The translations under genes and the position numbers were made by a program. The notes under the pieces were generated by a model. It ran no database searches. It worked only from the letters and a program-made list of their open reading frames with translations, and was not told the origin of the DNA. A stretch of 64,000 bases of DNA from Eledone cirrhosa (taxonomy: Eukaryota), in NCBI GenBank assembly GCA_964016885.1, contig OZ024744.1:49166001-49230000 (forward strand). Reading direction: 5' to 3'. Shown one piece after another: positions 28,151-41,797 of this stretch (positions are counted from its first letter, which is position 1; every line of letters starts with the position of its first letter).

Positions 28151-30560
28151 TAAAATTATAAAAATAGACAAAGAAGCCTTCAATACATCAAAAGTCTTTA
28201 TTAGCCTACAATGTTTCGTCCCATTAATAAGGACTCATCAGGGCAATTAAACAGATAAGAAGCATTAACGGCCAGAACAATCCCAAACTCATAAGAATAG
28301 GGAATTCATATCCATGAAAGCTTATGAGAGATATGAAGGAAAAGCACGCTAAAGCTAAAAGTTTGCAGTTACAAAAATAGATTATAGGGCAAGAAAGTGA
28401 GTAAAATGTCAAACCAACGTTGAAATTACAGTATAATACAAATACATTAAATACAACATGGTAATATAATATGAGAATTACAATACAATATAATGGGTAA
28501 TAAGAACTCTAAAGCTTAATATATGTATATATATATATATATCCATATATATACACATTTACACAAACACATACTAACACTTAATAAGTATAAATATACT
28601 CTTATAATATAAAAATCACCCAGACGGTGCGCATAAACTATACAAAAAATAAGCTATACAAGAAATAATATAAACATGTACTGACATCAAAAATATACAA
28701 AACTACATCATACATATCACTTAATGTCAACAAGTTGTATATAAAGTTTTACACAGGGCAAGAAAAAATATCATAATAAAACTGGAGTATGTTGAAAAAT
28801 ATATATATATAAATACATAAAGTATTGATAATAAGTATATAGGGGTATATGCAGTTTACATTCATAAAATATTACAAAATATTATAAAATATAACAAAAC
28901 AGTACCTTAAAAATCAGACATAAAATAATACGTATAATTCCATTACATAGAAATAATATGATATATAAATGTTAATATTATAATGATAAATAATATAATA
29001 ATATAAAAATATAAAAGCAGACTGGCAGAGTCAATTGAAAATGTTTAAGAGATATTTACGCGATTAATATATTAATATAGGGAGGCATGTTATGATGCAA
29101 AGCATATTATAGGAAGACAAAGCAGCAAGTGGTAGTGAAGAAGTAATGATGATGATGATAGGAAGATATACATCAAGTGTTAGTAAAAAAATAAATAAAT
29201 AAAATAAAATAAAACGAAGAACAAAAACAAAAAACAAAAACAAGCACAGTACGTAGATATAACGATTCATTATGTAAATATAGAAGGTATTAATATTCTA
29301 AACTAAAGAGTTGAATAGAAAACCTTATTAAATTAATTAATATTAAAATTGCCTAAAAGATATTATTAGTAACTCTAAATGGAATAAAGTTTAAGTCATC
29401 AAAGTCGTATAAAATTAGGATATTTCAATAAAAACTATAATATAATATATATTACGATCCGATCAGATGAATTATGTTATCAAAGAAAAAACTCTAAATA
29501 AAACTATGGTAGACCAATGGGAACAGAAAGAAGTGAAACTATGGAGGATAGGAAGGATCATAAAAGTAAAAATTAATATATAATATAATATAATAAAAAG
29601 GAGTATAAAAGTAGAATTATATATAATATAATAAAAAGGGGCGAATATGAAGTGTGGAAAGGAGGAGGTTCATTAGTTTTAGATGTAGGAGACTCAAAAT
29701 TAAACTATTCAATAAGATGCAAACTTACAAGGCGATAATATTGAGTAAAAATGTAATAATGTTTAAGATGATAGATATGGTAAGGTAGCTAATACGACTA
29801 TGAAAACTAAAATTCGAAAATCGAAACAACCGTAGAAAATTAATAATAATGGTAATAAAAATGAACTAAAACCAAAGAGATAGGGAAATATAGCAGCTAA
29901 TGGATACGGTTTAAACTACCGGAACTTTTAGGTCTATAATAGAAGAAAGAATTAGAAATGGCATGCGGACAGGAAGAAAATATCTCAGATTTTCTATTAA
30001 GCAATATGCTCCTAGAGAAAATTATAGAATGGGTCTCTAGGATACAAAGATTACAGAATTTAGTGTGTGTTGATAGGTGATTAGAGTGTGCTACTATTCG
30101 CCAATTTAGGTTATATGGTATACCAGCCCCTTTTAAATCCCAGATATGGTGTGCCAAAGAAGTAGAGTTCTTAAACTTGATATACTTAAAATTAGAAATA
30201 TGTGAATTAAACCTAGTTTTAAAAGTATTAGATATGGAGCCTATATATGTGCTACAAGAAGAATTAGTCTTAACTTCACAAGCATAAACAATGTTCCTAG
30301 AGAGGCAGTGACCATTTAAAGGGCAGTTATTACTTAATCTACAGTTACACTTCCGGGTACTAGTGACTAGCTGATTACGCGATGCATTATTCCTAGGGTT
30401 ATTATAAGATAAGATCTGCTCGAGCGGTAAGTTATCAATAGAGCTATCTAGATTAGCAGTACGCAAAGAGGAGTAGCTATCCCTAATTTTCCTATTGTTA
30501 GTGCTAGCTAGATAAGAATTAATGTTAGGGGTGGTAGAGAAGGAGAGTTTAATTACGTTT
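28150..30560 (-). mobile_element. 5'-truncated PLE of a second family: GIY-YIG ORF fragment (29897-30466), long AT-rich 3'UTR, hammerhead
   Basis: CNCR..CPLNGHC..IVYAC..YIG..F..RFNSH..CNLC..LNRKSE..CPH; hammerhead near the 3' end; bounded by (TA)n. Confidence 0.8.
28204..28244 (-). ncRNA. Minimal type I hammerhead ribozyme
   Basis: GCC-CUGAUGA-GUCC..GGAC-GAAA-CAUUG-UA-GGC, fully canonical core. Confidence 0.88.
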
Positions 30561-30567
30561 TTATTAA

Positions 30568-30873
<306 letters not shown>

Positions 30874-31848
30874 ATGCGTGTGGTTGTATATTTATTTCAA
30901 CAAGCCCTTCTCAGGAATTCGCAGTTTCGAATTTCACATTTAAGTCTAATGGCCAAGGGTGTGGTTACTACTACTACTACTGCTGCTACTACTACTACTA
31001 CTACTACCACGACGACGACTACTTATGTTTGGGCTTTATTTTCAATTACGCCGTAATTCTCCACATTTAACACTATTTGCAATTCATGTAAATTGTGGTG
31101 TTAATGACGTACTCTCTAGTGTCGAATAATGCCCCCACCACTTATCAATATTTCAGATTTTTTTTCCACCACCCTCGCTCTTATTCCACTTCCCACTTAT
31201 TAAATTTTGCTATTTAATCTATCTCCGGCAAGATTTAATTTTTAATGGTAACATTCCTGCGACAATTAATTTTCTTTAGACATTAAAAAACATTATACAT
31301 GACAAAAAAGTACATTACTATACGTTATAAAATAAACAGGATGGGTTGGGGGTTTCAATATGTAAACTAAATGACTAATTCTTGTTTTAAAAAAAAAAAA
31401 TCAACGGAGACTACCTAGAAAAATTACCGATCCTCCCCTTATTATTTGGGACCCAAGAGTACGCACTTACTACTAGTAAAGTGGTGGTGATGGTGATTGC
31501 CCGGTAATACTTTTAATGTTAGTACTAATATTTTTATGATAGTGGTGGGGGTTGCGGCTGTAATATTGACAAGGTGCACTACTATTATTAATAAGGTTGT
31601 GGTAGTGGTTTTAAGAACGACGGTGATGTTTACAGGGCACTTTAGTAAGAGTTAATAAGGGTGAGTAGTGAGTTTTCGTAGTGGTGGGGGTTTAGGCAAA
31701 GCTGTTTACAAGGCAGCTGTTTAACTATCAAACACGTTTTAGCAATAACACGTTTCGTTTTTCGTTTCCTCCAAAACAAATTCCAGGTTTTTATTCAACT
31801 TCCGTTTTTATATCAAATATATACATACACATTTATACACCCACATTT

Positions 31849-31893
<45 letters not shown>

Positions 31894-32287
31894 GTGTGTG
31901 TGTGTAAATATACACATATATATATGATTTATCGTTTACACGTATAAATAAACGGGAGGATTGCCGCGTTTAATATTTTGAAGTAATTTTATGCACACCG
32001 GTTATGTGTGTATACACATATAACGGTCTATCTATGTATGTATATATATATATACATCGATAAGCATATAAGTTATATTTATATATACACAATGGAATTT
32101 TATGGTCATGACATCGATGGCTTTTTACGGTGACAAATACAGTGTGAAATACTCTAATTTAAGGTATGTATGTATAAATGTAGATATGGGTGTTGCGTAC
32201 ATTATATTTATATATATATAAATCTATATGTACAGGTATGAATATATGCATATATCTATATATATATATATAGATATGTATACACGC

Positions 32288-32321
<34 letters not shown>

Positions 32322-32842
32322 AGGTGTTCGGAGATTCGGATGCGAGCTAATGATATCGCCACATCGTTCGTCAGGCTTTGTGGAAGGTGGATATTTCTCT
32401 CTCTCTACACGCATACATATATATATATATGTGTAGAGGTGTGTGTGTGTGTGCATGTATATTTATGTATGTATATATGTATGTATGTGTATGGCACCTT
32501 GGTAACTTCTGTAGCCTTGGGTTGATTGATACATTGTGAGTGGAATTTTGTAGACGGAAAATGTACAGAAGCCTGTCGTGTATGTGTTTATGCATGTTTA
32601 TATATCAACACACACACATATATATGATCACATATATATACGTTCACGCACACACTCACACATACAGGTTGCTGTGACATGATTACAACTTAAAATGCTC
32701 ACAACGAGTCTGTTTATTACATATATATATTGCCTATAGATATTTCCGTCTATCTATCTTTATTTTTTTAAATTTTATCTTCCAGCATAAAAAAATATAT
32801 TTTTCCATATAAAACTGAGATTTGAACTTCTTAACTCCAAGA

Positions 32843-33025
32843 ATGCGCAGGCACCCGGTCACCCTTTTAAAATACCTTATAGCTGGGTTTGTGTGTGTGG
32901 TACTTGGACCCTTTGCTCTACGATTACTACTGGGTTCAGTCGACCAGACCCCTAAAAAGGAGATTTTACCTGAAAAAAATGCCGTCCTGTCGCAAAAGGT
33001 TCCTCGCGATGACGTTAACAAAGGG
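32843..33025 (+). CDS. Probable first coding exon of a GALNT10-like polypeptide GalNAc-transferase (type II signal anchor and stem)
   Basis: MRRHPVTLLKYLIAGFVCVVLGPFALRLLL: basic tail plus TM segment; acceptor TTCCAG at 32785; donor GG|GTGAGT at 33026, phase 0; link to the 55876 exon is inferred. Confidence 0.65.
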
Positions 33026-33074
33026 GTGAGTAAATCTTTCTTCATCTTCATTATTAATCATAATTATTATTACC

Positions 33075-33175
33075 CCGCCGGGGTTAACTTTGCCTTTCAT
33101 CCTTATGGGGTCGATAAAATAAAGTACCAGTAATGCACTGGAGTAATTGCTGGCCTTGTACCAAAAGTAGATACA
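33075..33175 (+). mobile_element. SINE family 2 fragment (another at 33665-33745)
   Basis: Nin-like motif and GGCCTTGT(A/G)CCAAAAGTAGA tail. Confidence 0.75.
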
Positions 33176-33439
33176 TTATTATTATCATCACCATCATTGT
33201 CATTTTACATTTTACGCTCGCATTTGATGAAAGCATTTGATTGTGGCATACGTGTATATATATATATATATATATGTGTGTATCAGGATTTAAGCAGTAT
33301 TGAACTAGTAAGACGATTATTCAACAGAGGACTCGATAGTTGAGTGTGACTATATTAGAAAGAGTTGTCACTTGACGGCTGAGCTCTTGCCTTGCTGCGG
33401 TCTTCGATTCTGTCTAATATATTTATATATAATTATATA

Positions 33440-33512
<73 letters not shown>

Positions 33513-33754
33513 ACATATATGTGTGTGCGTATGTACGTATATATAATATATATATATTTTATATATATTATATATATATATTTTATATATATTATATATA
33601 TATATATATTTTATATATATTATATATATATATATTTTATATACATTATATATATATTATATATGGTTAACTTTACGGGGTCGATAAAATAAAGTACCAG
33701 TAATGCACTGAGTAATTGTGGCCTTGTGCCAAAAGTAGAAACAATTATATATAT

Positions 33755-33785
<31 letters not shown>

Positions 33786-33817
33786 TATATACATTATATA
33801 TATATTATGTATATATA

Positions 33818-34155
33818 TCATCATCATTTCATTTTACGTCCGCTTTTTTCCTGCTTGCAAGGGTGGGACGGGAACTGATGCTGGCTTTATTTCTACAGCT
33901 GGATACCCTTCCTAACACCAACCTCATTTACAGTGAGTGCTGGGTTCTTTTTTGCCGTGGCACCCCCACGACCACTTTACAGTGGAATGATATGGACCCC
34001 AGTCCCTATCATCTCATTTCTACAGCTGATTAAACTGGAGCAATGTGAAATAAAGTGTCTTGCTCAAGGAAACAACACATCACCCGGTCTGAGAATTGAA
34101 CTCACAACCTTTCGATTGCAAGGCCAATGCTCTAACCACTAAGCCATGTACCTCC
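33818..34155 (-). mobile_element. SINE family 1, near full length
   Basis: Head, body and tail as in the other copies. Confidence 0.85.
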
Positions 34156-34204
34156 ATTATATTATATATATTATATGCATTATATATATATATTATATAT
34201 ATAT

Positions 34205-34650
34205 ATGAAGGATGACAGCTGCATAAAAAGGGGCAGAGCACTAGAAGTCAATGGAAACCGCGGAGTGAGGAGACCCAAGATGACCTGGGATGAGGTGATA
34301 AAAGTTGACCTTACCCAATTACACCTCTCAAAGGCGATGACACACGACCGTGACCTGGCGTCACACAGTAATACAGAGTACCCGACCTCCCATGGGTACA
34401 AGCTGAAGCATATAGACAATATGCCCCACACCCTCCCACTGCAAAGTGGTTGTGGAGGTGCCATGGAAAAAAGCACCCAGCACTCACTGTAAATGAGGTT
34501 GGTTAGGAAGGGCATCCAGCTTTAGAAATCAAGCCAAAATCAGTTCCTGTATGAGCAAGGCATGGTCAGCCGACCAGACACTGCCCACAACAGGACAACC
34601 CGTCTAACCCATGCATGGAAGAACGGACGTAAAACGGTGATGATGATGAT
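34205..34650 (+). mobile_element. RTE subfamily B 3' end
   Basis: [19 protein letters not shown]; 3'UTR and (GAT)n. Confidence 0.85.
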
Positions 34651-34786
34651 ATATATTATATATATATATATATATTCTTTATATATATATTCTTTATATA
34701 TATATTATATATATATATATATTCTTTATATATATATATACCTTATATATATATTATATATATTGTAAATATATATATATTATACA

Positions 34787-35074
34787 TCATCATCATCATC
34801 ACCATTTTACGTCCGCTTTTCCCTGCTTGCAAGGGTGGGACGGGAACTGATTTGGCTTGATTTCTACAGCTGGATGCACTTCCTAACACCAACCTCATTT
34901 GCAGTGGAATATGGACCCCAGTCCCTATTATCTCATTTCTACAGCTGAGTAAACTGGAGCAATGTGAAATAAAGTGTCTTGCTCAAGGAAACAACACATC
35001 ACCCGGTCTGAGAATTGAACTCACAACCTTTCGATTGCAAGGCCAATGTTCTAACAACTAAGCCATGTGCCTCC
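34787..35074 (-). mobile_element. SINE family 1
   Basis: Same head, body and tail. Confidence 0.85.
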
Positions 35075-35247
35075 ATTATATATGTATATTCTTTATATAT
35101 ATATATTCTTTATATATATATATTCTTTATATATATACATTTTATATATTCTTTATATATATTATATATATATATATATATTATTTATATATATTATATA
35201 TATATATTATTTATATATATTATATATATATATTATTTATATATATA

Positions 35248-36121
35248 TATACCACTATTAGCTGCTAAAGGGTTCTCCCTAAAAATGAAAGGCAGGTTGT
35301 ACGATGCCTGCATACGAACAGCAATGCTGCATGGCAGTGAGACCTGGGCATTGTGTGCAGAGGATATACGCAGACTAGAGAGGAACGAAGCTTGCATGCT
35401 CCGCTGGATGTGTAACAGTAATATACGTGAACGGCAAAGCATAAACGAACTAAGGAAAAAATTAGAGATAAGAGGGATCAGATGTTGTTTACTCGAGAGA
35501 AGGCTACGTTGGTATGGACACGTGATGCACATGAAAGTCGATAGCTGTATAACAAAGTGCAGGGCAATAAAGATAGACGGTAGTCACGGAATAGGCAGAC
35601 CTAGAAAAACCTGGGACGAGCTGATAAACTCCGACATCACACACTTACACCTCTCCAAGACAATGTCACTGGACCGAGACCTTTGGCGGTACTCAGTAAC
35701 AGAGAAGACCCGCCTTACCTAAATATATAGTAAAACCTACTCCAGCCAGTAGGCATCTCTAACAAAATACACCCCGTCCCACCACCACCACCCCCACCCC
35801 ATCCACACCACCCCGTTCTATGTAAAGTTATGTTGGTGCCGCGCCATCGAGGCCGAAACAAATGAGATCGTGTAGGTGTCACGACAAAAAAACACACAGT
35901 CCACGCTGTAATGTGGCCGTGTAGGCAACACGGTAAAAACCTCCCAGACCCACACTGTAAATGTGGTTGGTGTTAGGAAGGGCATCCAACTGTAGAAAAC
36001 CTGCCAGACAGTCCTATGCGAGCAAGACAATCACTCTTGCCTCAAGTGGGACTACCCCCGTCCAAACCCATGCAAGCGTGGAACACGGACGTTAAACGTT
36101 GATGATGATGATGATGATGAT
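35248..36121 (+). mobile_element. RTE subfamily A 3' fragment, near identical to 48470-49340
   Basis: IPLLAAKG...TEKTRLT*, 3'UTR, (GAT)n. Confidence 0.92.
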
Positions 36122-36555
36122 AAAGGAAGTGTTTCCGTAGGAAAGGTGAAGGAAAAGAGAGTGCTCTATGTAGGCTACAGAGCTTTTTAGTTAAGTAATA
36201 AACAACATAAGACAGACATAAGTATCTGTCTTCAAGAAACCACTGGTAAATGAAATAATTATCTTATGTTGTTTATTACATAACTATATATATAAAGAAT
36301 GAATAATAACAGGTAGACATCATAAAAAGGTAATTTATTGCGAGTGCTTACAAATGTTTCAACAGTAGTTATACAGCCTAATCATGCTATGTGCAAATGG
36401 TAGTCGCAGCATTTGAAATAAATTACCTTTTTATGATGTCTACGTGTTATTATTCATTCTTTATCAACACTCCGGAATACATCTATTGTAGTAATTAACT
36501 TTTACTGCATTCGGGGATAACCCTAAGCATTTCTTGCATAACCTAATATATATAT

Positions 36556-38395
36556 ATAGGAGTAACTATAGAGGCATTAAATTAATCGACCAGGTCATGA
36601 AGGTCACGGAAAAAGTAATAGCGCAACTAATCAGAGAGAGAATTGATCTAGATGAAATGCAGTTCGGGTTTGTGTCAGGCAAAAGTACCACAGATGCTCT
36701 TTTCATTGTACGACAACTACAGGAGAAGTACCTAGCTAAAAGTAAACCCCTATACTTAGCTTTTGTCGACTTGGAGAAAGCCTTCGACAGAGTCCCCCGT
36801 TCCATTATCTGGTGGGCTCTTAGAAAACTAGGTGTTGATGAATGGCTTGTGAGAGCTATACAAGCCATGTATAAAGAAACAGTCAGCAAGGTTAGAATTA
36901 ACAACGAATATAGTGAAGAGTTTAGCGTAAAAGTTGGTGTTCATCAGGGCTCTGTTCTTAGCCCCCTACTATTTATTATTGCCCTTCAGGCTATAACAGT
37001 GGAGTTCAAGACCGGCTGCCCATGGGAACTGCTATACGCAGATGATCTAACGCTCATAGCTGAATCAATGGCCGAGCTAGAGAAGAAATTCCAAACATGG
37101 AAGCACGGCCTAGAATCAAAAGGCAGGTTAATTTTAAAAATTAACCTGGCTAAGACTAAAGTTCTAGTTTGTAGGAAAGAAAATAAGGCGCCGGTCCCTT
37201 CCGGGAAATGGCCATGCTCAGTGTGTAGGAAAGGCGTAGGTAGAAACTCCATTTTATGTCCCAAATGCAAAGTATGGGTGCATAAAAGATGTAGTGGGAT
37301 CACAGGTAAGCTAACTAAGAACATAGATTTTACATTTGGCCGGTGCTCTGGTGCAATAAGTAGCAGCAAGTGCCCACAAAATACTAGCTCTTTCAATTGC
37401 GCAGAGGGTTCTATAGAAATAGTGGACAGCTTCCGTTACCTGGGTGACAAAATCAGCAGTGCGGGAGGGTGCTCTGAAAGTACAGTAGCTAGAGTCAGAA
37501 CTGGATGGAAAAAGTTCAGAGAGCTTATACCACTATTAGCCGCTAAAGGGTTCTCCCTAAAAATGAAAGGCAGGCTGTATGATGCCTGCATACGAACAGC
37601 AATGTTGCATGGCAGTGAGACCTGGGTATTGTGTGCAGAGGATATACGCAGACTAGAGAGGAACGAAGCTTGCATGCTCCGCTGGATGTGTAATAGTAAT
37701 ATACGTGAACGGCAAAGCATAAACAAACTAAGGGAAAAATTAGAAATAAGAGGGATCAGATGTTGTTTACTCGAGAGAAGGCTACGTTGGTATGGTCACG
37801 TGATGCGCATGAAAGACGACAGCTGTATAAAGAAGTGCAGGGCAATAAAGATAGACGGTAGCCACGGAGTAGGCAGACCCAGAAAAACCTGGGACGACCT
37901 GATAAATTCCGACCTCACACACTTACACCTCTCCAAGACAATGTCACTGGACCGAGATCTTTGGCGGTACTCAGTAATAGAGAAGACCCGCCTTACCTAA
38001 ATACAAAGTAAAACCTACTCCAGCCAGTAGGCATCTCTAACAAAATACACCCCCGTCCCACCACCCCCACCCCATCCACCCCATCCACACCGCCCCTTTC
38101 AATGTAAAGTTATGTTGGTGCCACAACATCCAGTCCGAAACAAATGAGATCGTGTAGGTGTCACGACAAAAAAACACACAGTCCACGCTGTAATGTGGCC
38201 GTGTAGGTAACACGGTAAAAACTTCCCAGTCCACACTGTAAACGTGGTTGGTGTTAGGAAGGGCATCCAGCCGTAGAAAACCCGCCAGACAGTCCTATGC
38301 GAGCAAGACAACCACTCTTGCCTCAAGTGGGAAAACTCCCGTCCAAACCCATGCAATCGTGGAACATGGACGTTAAACGATGATGATGATGATGA
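36556..38395 (+). mobile_element. 5'-truncated RTE LINE with open RT (ORF to 38000)
   Basis: NYRGI, QFGF, FVDLEKAFD, GVHQGSVLSP, LYADD, FRYLG; (GAT)n tail. Confidence 0.95.
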
Positions 38396-38423
38396 TATAC
38401 AGTTTTAATATAGAAGCTCTTCT

Positions 38424-39365
38424 ATCATCATCACCGTTTTACGTCCGTTCTTCCACGCTAGCATGGGTTAGACGGGTTGTCCTTGCTCATACATGAACTG
38501 ATCTGGCTTGATTTCTACAGCTGGATGCCCTTCCTAACACCAACCTCATTTACAGTGAGTGCTGGGTGCTTTTTCGTGGCGCCTACACGTCCACTTTACA
38601 GTGTGGGCTGGGTGCTTTTTTGCCGTGGCACCTCCACGGCCACCTTGCGGTGGGGGGGGGGGGGGGGGGGCATATTGTTTATATGCTTCAGCATGTACCC
38701 ATGGGAGGTCGGGTACCCTGTATTACTGCGTGACGCCAGAAGTCACGGTCGTGTGTCATTGACTTTGAGAGGTGTAGTTGGGTAAGGTCGGCTTTTATCA
38801 CCTCATCCCAAGTCATCTTGGGTCTCCCCACTCCGCGGTTTCCATCAACTTCTAGTGCTCTGCACCTTTTTATGCAGCTGTCATCCTTCATACGCATCAC
38901 ATGTCCATACCAGCGTAACCGCCTCTCCTGCACGCAGCATTTAATTCCTCTTATGCTCAGTCTCTCTCTCAATTCCTTTATGCTTTGTCGTTCACGTATA
39001 TTACTGTTACACATCCATCGGAGCATGCAGGCTTCGTTTCTCTCTAATCTACGTAAGTCTTCCACCTTCAGCGCCCAGGTCTCACTACCATGCAACATCG
39101 CTGTTCGGATACACGCATCATACAGTCTGCCTTTCATTCTGAGGGAGAAGCCTTTTGCAGCTAGCAGTGGTAGTAGTTCCCTAAACTTCTTCCATCCCGT
39201 TCTTACCCTAGTTATTGTACTTTCTGAACACCCACCTCCGCTGCTAATTCGGTCACCTAGGTAGCAGAAGCTGTCTACTGTTTCTACAGGGCCCTCCCAG
39301 AGATTGGTGGTACTTGTTTCCTGTGGCTGTTTGCTGCTTGCTGTTTCAGCACAGCTGCTGCATGT
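38424..39365 (-). mobile_element. RTE subfamily B 3' fragment
   Basis: ORF 38688-39137; tail-to-tail with the preceding copy. Confidence 0.9.
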
Positions 39366-39451
39366 GATATATTAAAACTTTTATATTCTGCTATGTTTGA
39401 GTCCCTTACTTACTGTGGTTACCTCGGATTCAACCCGGAATAACTTATATC

Positions 39452-39790
39452 ATCATTCATCATCATCATTTCATTTTATGTCTGCTTTTTCCCTGTTTGC
39501 AAGTGTGGGACGAGAACTGATGCTGGCTTGATTTCTACAGCTGGATGCCCTTCCTAACACCAACCTCATTTACAGTGAGTGCTGGGTGCTTTTTTGCCGT
39601 GGCACCTCCACGACCACTTTGTAGTGGAATGATAGGGATCCTATCATCTCATTTCTACAGCTGAGTAAACTGGAGCAATGTGAAATAAAGTGTCTTGCTC
39701 AAGGAAACAACACATCGCCCGGTCTGAGAATTGAACTCACAACCTTTCGATTGCAAGGCCAATGCTCTAACCACTAAGCCATGTGCCTCC
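39452..39790 (-). mobile_element. SINE family 1
   Basis: Same head, body and tail. Confidence 0.85.
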
Positions 39791-39803
39791 ATTATATGTG
39801 CCT

Positions 39804-39918
<115 letters not shown>

Positions 39919-39942
39919 GTTATACTGTGTGTGTGTGTGTGT

Positions 39943-41797
39943 GGTGTATTTTGTTAGAGATGCCTACTGGCTGTAGTAGGTTTTACTATGTATTTAGGTA
40001 AGGCGGGTCTTCTCTGTTACTGAGTACCGCCAAAGGTCTCGGTCCAGTGACATTGTCTTGGAGAGGTGTAAGTGTGTGAGGTCGGAGTTTATCAGCTCGT
40101 CCCAGGTTTTTCTAGGTCTGCCTATTCCGTGGCTACCGTCTATCTTTATTGCCCTGCACTTTGTTATACAGCTATCGACTTTCATGAACATCACGTGTCC
40201 ATACCAACGTAGCCTTCTCTCGAGTAAACAACATCTGATCCCTCTTATTTCTAATTTTTTCCTTAGTTCGTTTATGCTTTGCCGTTCACGTATATTACTG
40301 TTACACATCCAGCGGAGCATGCAAGCTTCGTTCCTCTCTAGTCTGCGTATATCCTCTGCACACAATGCCCAGGTCTCACTGCCATGCAACATTGCTGTTC
40401 GTATGCAGGCATCGTACAACCTGCCATTCATTTTTAGGGAGAACCCTTTAGCAGCTAATAGTGGTATAAGCTCTCTGAACTTTTTCCAACCAGTTCTGAC
40501 TCTGGCTACTGTACTTTCAGAGCACCCTCCCCCACTGCTGATTTTATCACCCAGGTAACGGAAGCTGTCCACTATTTCTATAGAACCCTCTGTGCAATTG
40601 AAAGAGCTAGTATTTTGTGGGCACTTGCTGCTACTTATTGCAACAGAGCACCGGCCACATGTAAAATCTATGTTCTTAGTTAGCTTACCTGTGATCCCAC
40701 TACATCTTTTATGCACCCATACTTTGCATTTAGGACATAAAATGGAGTTTCTACCTACGCCTTTCCTACACACTGAGCATAACCTATTCCCAGAAGGGAC
40801 CGCCGACTTATTTTCTTTCCTACAAACTAGGACTTTAGTCTTAGCCAGGTTAATTTTAGGTTCTTTTGATTCTAGGCCGTGCTACCATGTTTGGAATTTC
40901 TTCTCTAGCTCGGCCATTGATTCAGCTATGAGTGTCAGGTCGTCTGCGTATAGGAGTTCCCATGGGCAGCCGGTCTTGAACTCCTCTGTTATAGCCTGAA
41001 GGGCAATAATAAATAGTAGGGGGCTGAGAACAGAGCCCTGATGGACGCCGACTTTTACGCTAAACTCTTCACTATATTTGTTGTTAATTCTAACCTTGCT
41101 GACTGTTTCTTTATACATGGCTTGTATAGCTCTCACAAGCCATTCGTCAACACCTAGTTTTCTAAGAGCCCACCAGATAATGGAGCGGGGGACTCTGTCG
41201 AAGGCTTTCTCCAAGTTGACAAAAGCTAAGTAGAGGGGTTTACCTTTAGCTAGGTACTTCTCCTGTAGTTGTCGTACAATGAAAAGATCGTCTGTGGTAC
41301 TTTTGCCTGACACAAAAGCCGAACTGCATTTCATCTAGGTCAATTCTCTCTCTGATTAGTTGCGCTATTACTTTTTCCGTGACCTTCATGACCTGGTCGA
41401 TTAATTTAATGCCTCTATAGTTACTCCTATCTAGGGCGTCTCCTTTACCCTTGTAACAGTTAACGATGATGCTGCTATGCCAGTCCTTCGGAACAACCCC
41501 ATTCTGTACGACTTGGTTAACTATGCGGGTGACCATGGTGTGTCCCACCGTGCCAGATGCCTTCAGCATCTCAGCAACTATTTCCGAAGGCCCAGCCGCC
41601 TTACCCGTCTCCATATCCTTGATTGCCTTACTTATTATACTCCCCTCGACTAACACTGCTGGTCCCTCTATTGGGTCGATGTGGGGGAGACTGTCTTTCT
41701 CCCATTTATTCTCCTCATTTAGTAGCCTTTCATAGTGACACTTCCAAGCTACCTTCTTATCAGCGTCGGTGATGGCAAGTATGCCATCATCATTAAG
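39943..41797 (-). mobile_element. RTE subfamily A, disrupted ORF2
   Basis: ORFs 41246-41656, 40882-41334 and 39994-40773 are consecutive parts of the 46562 protein. Confidence 0.93.
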
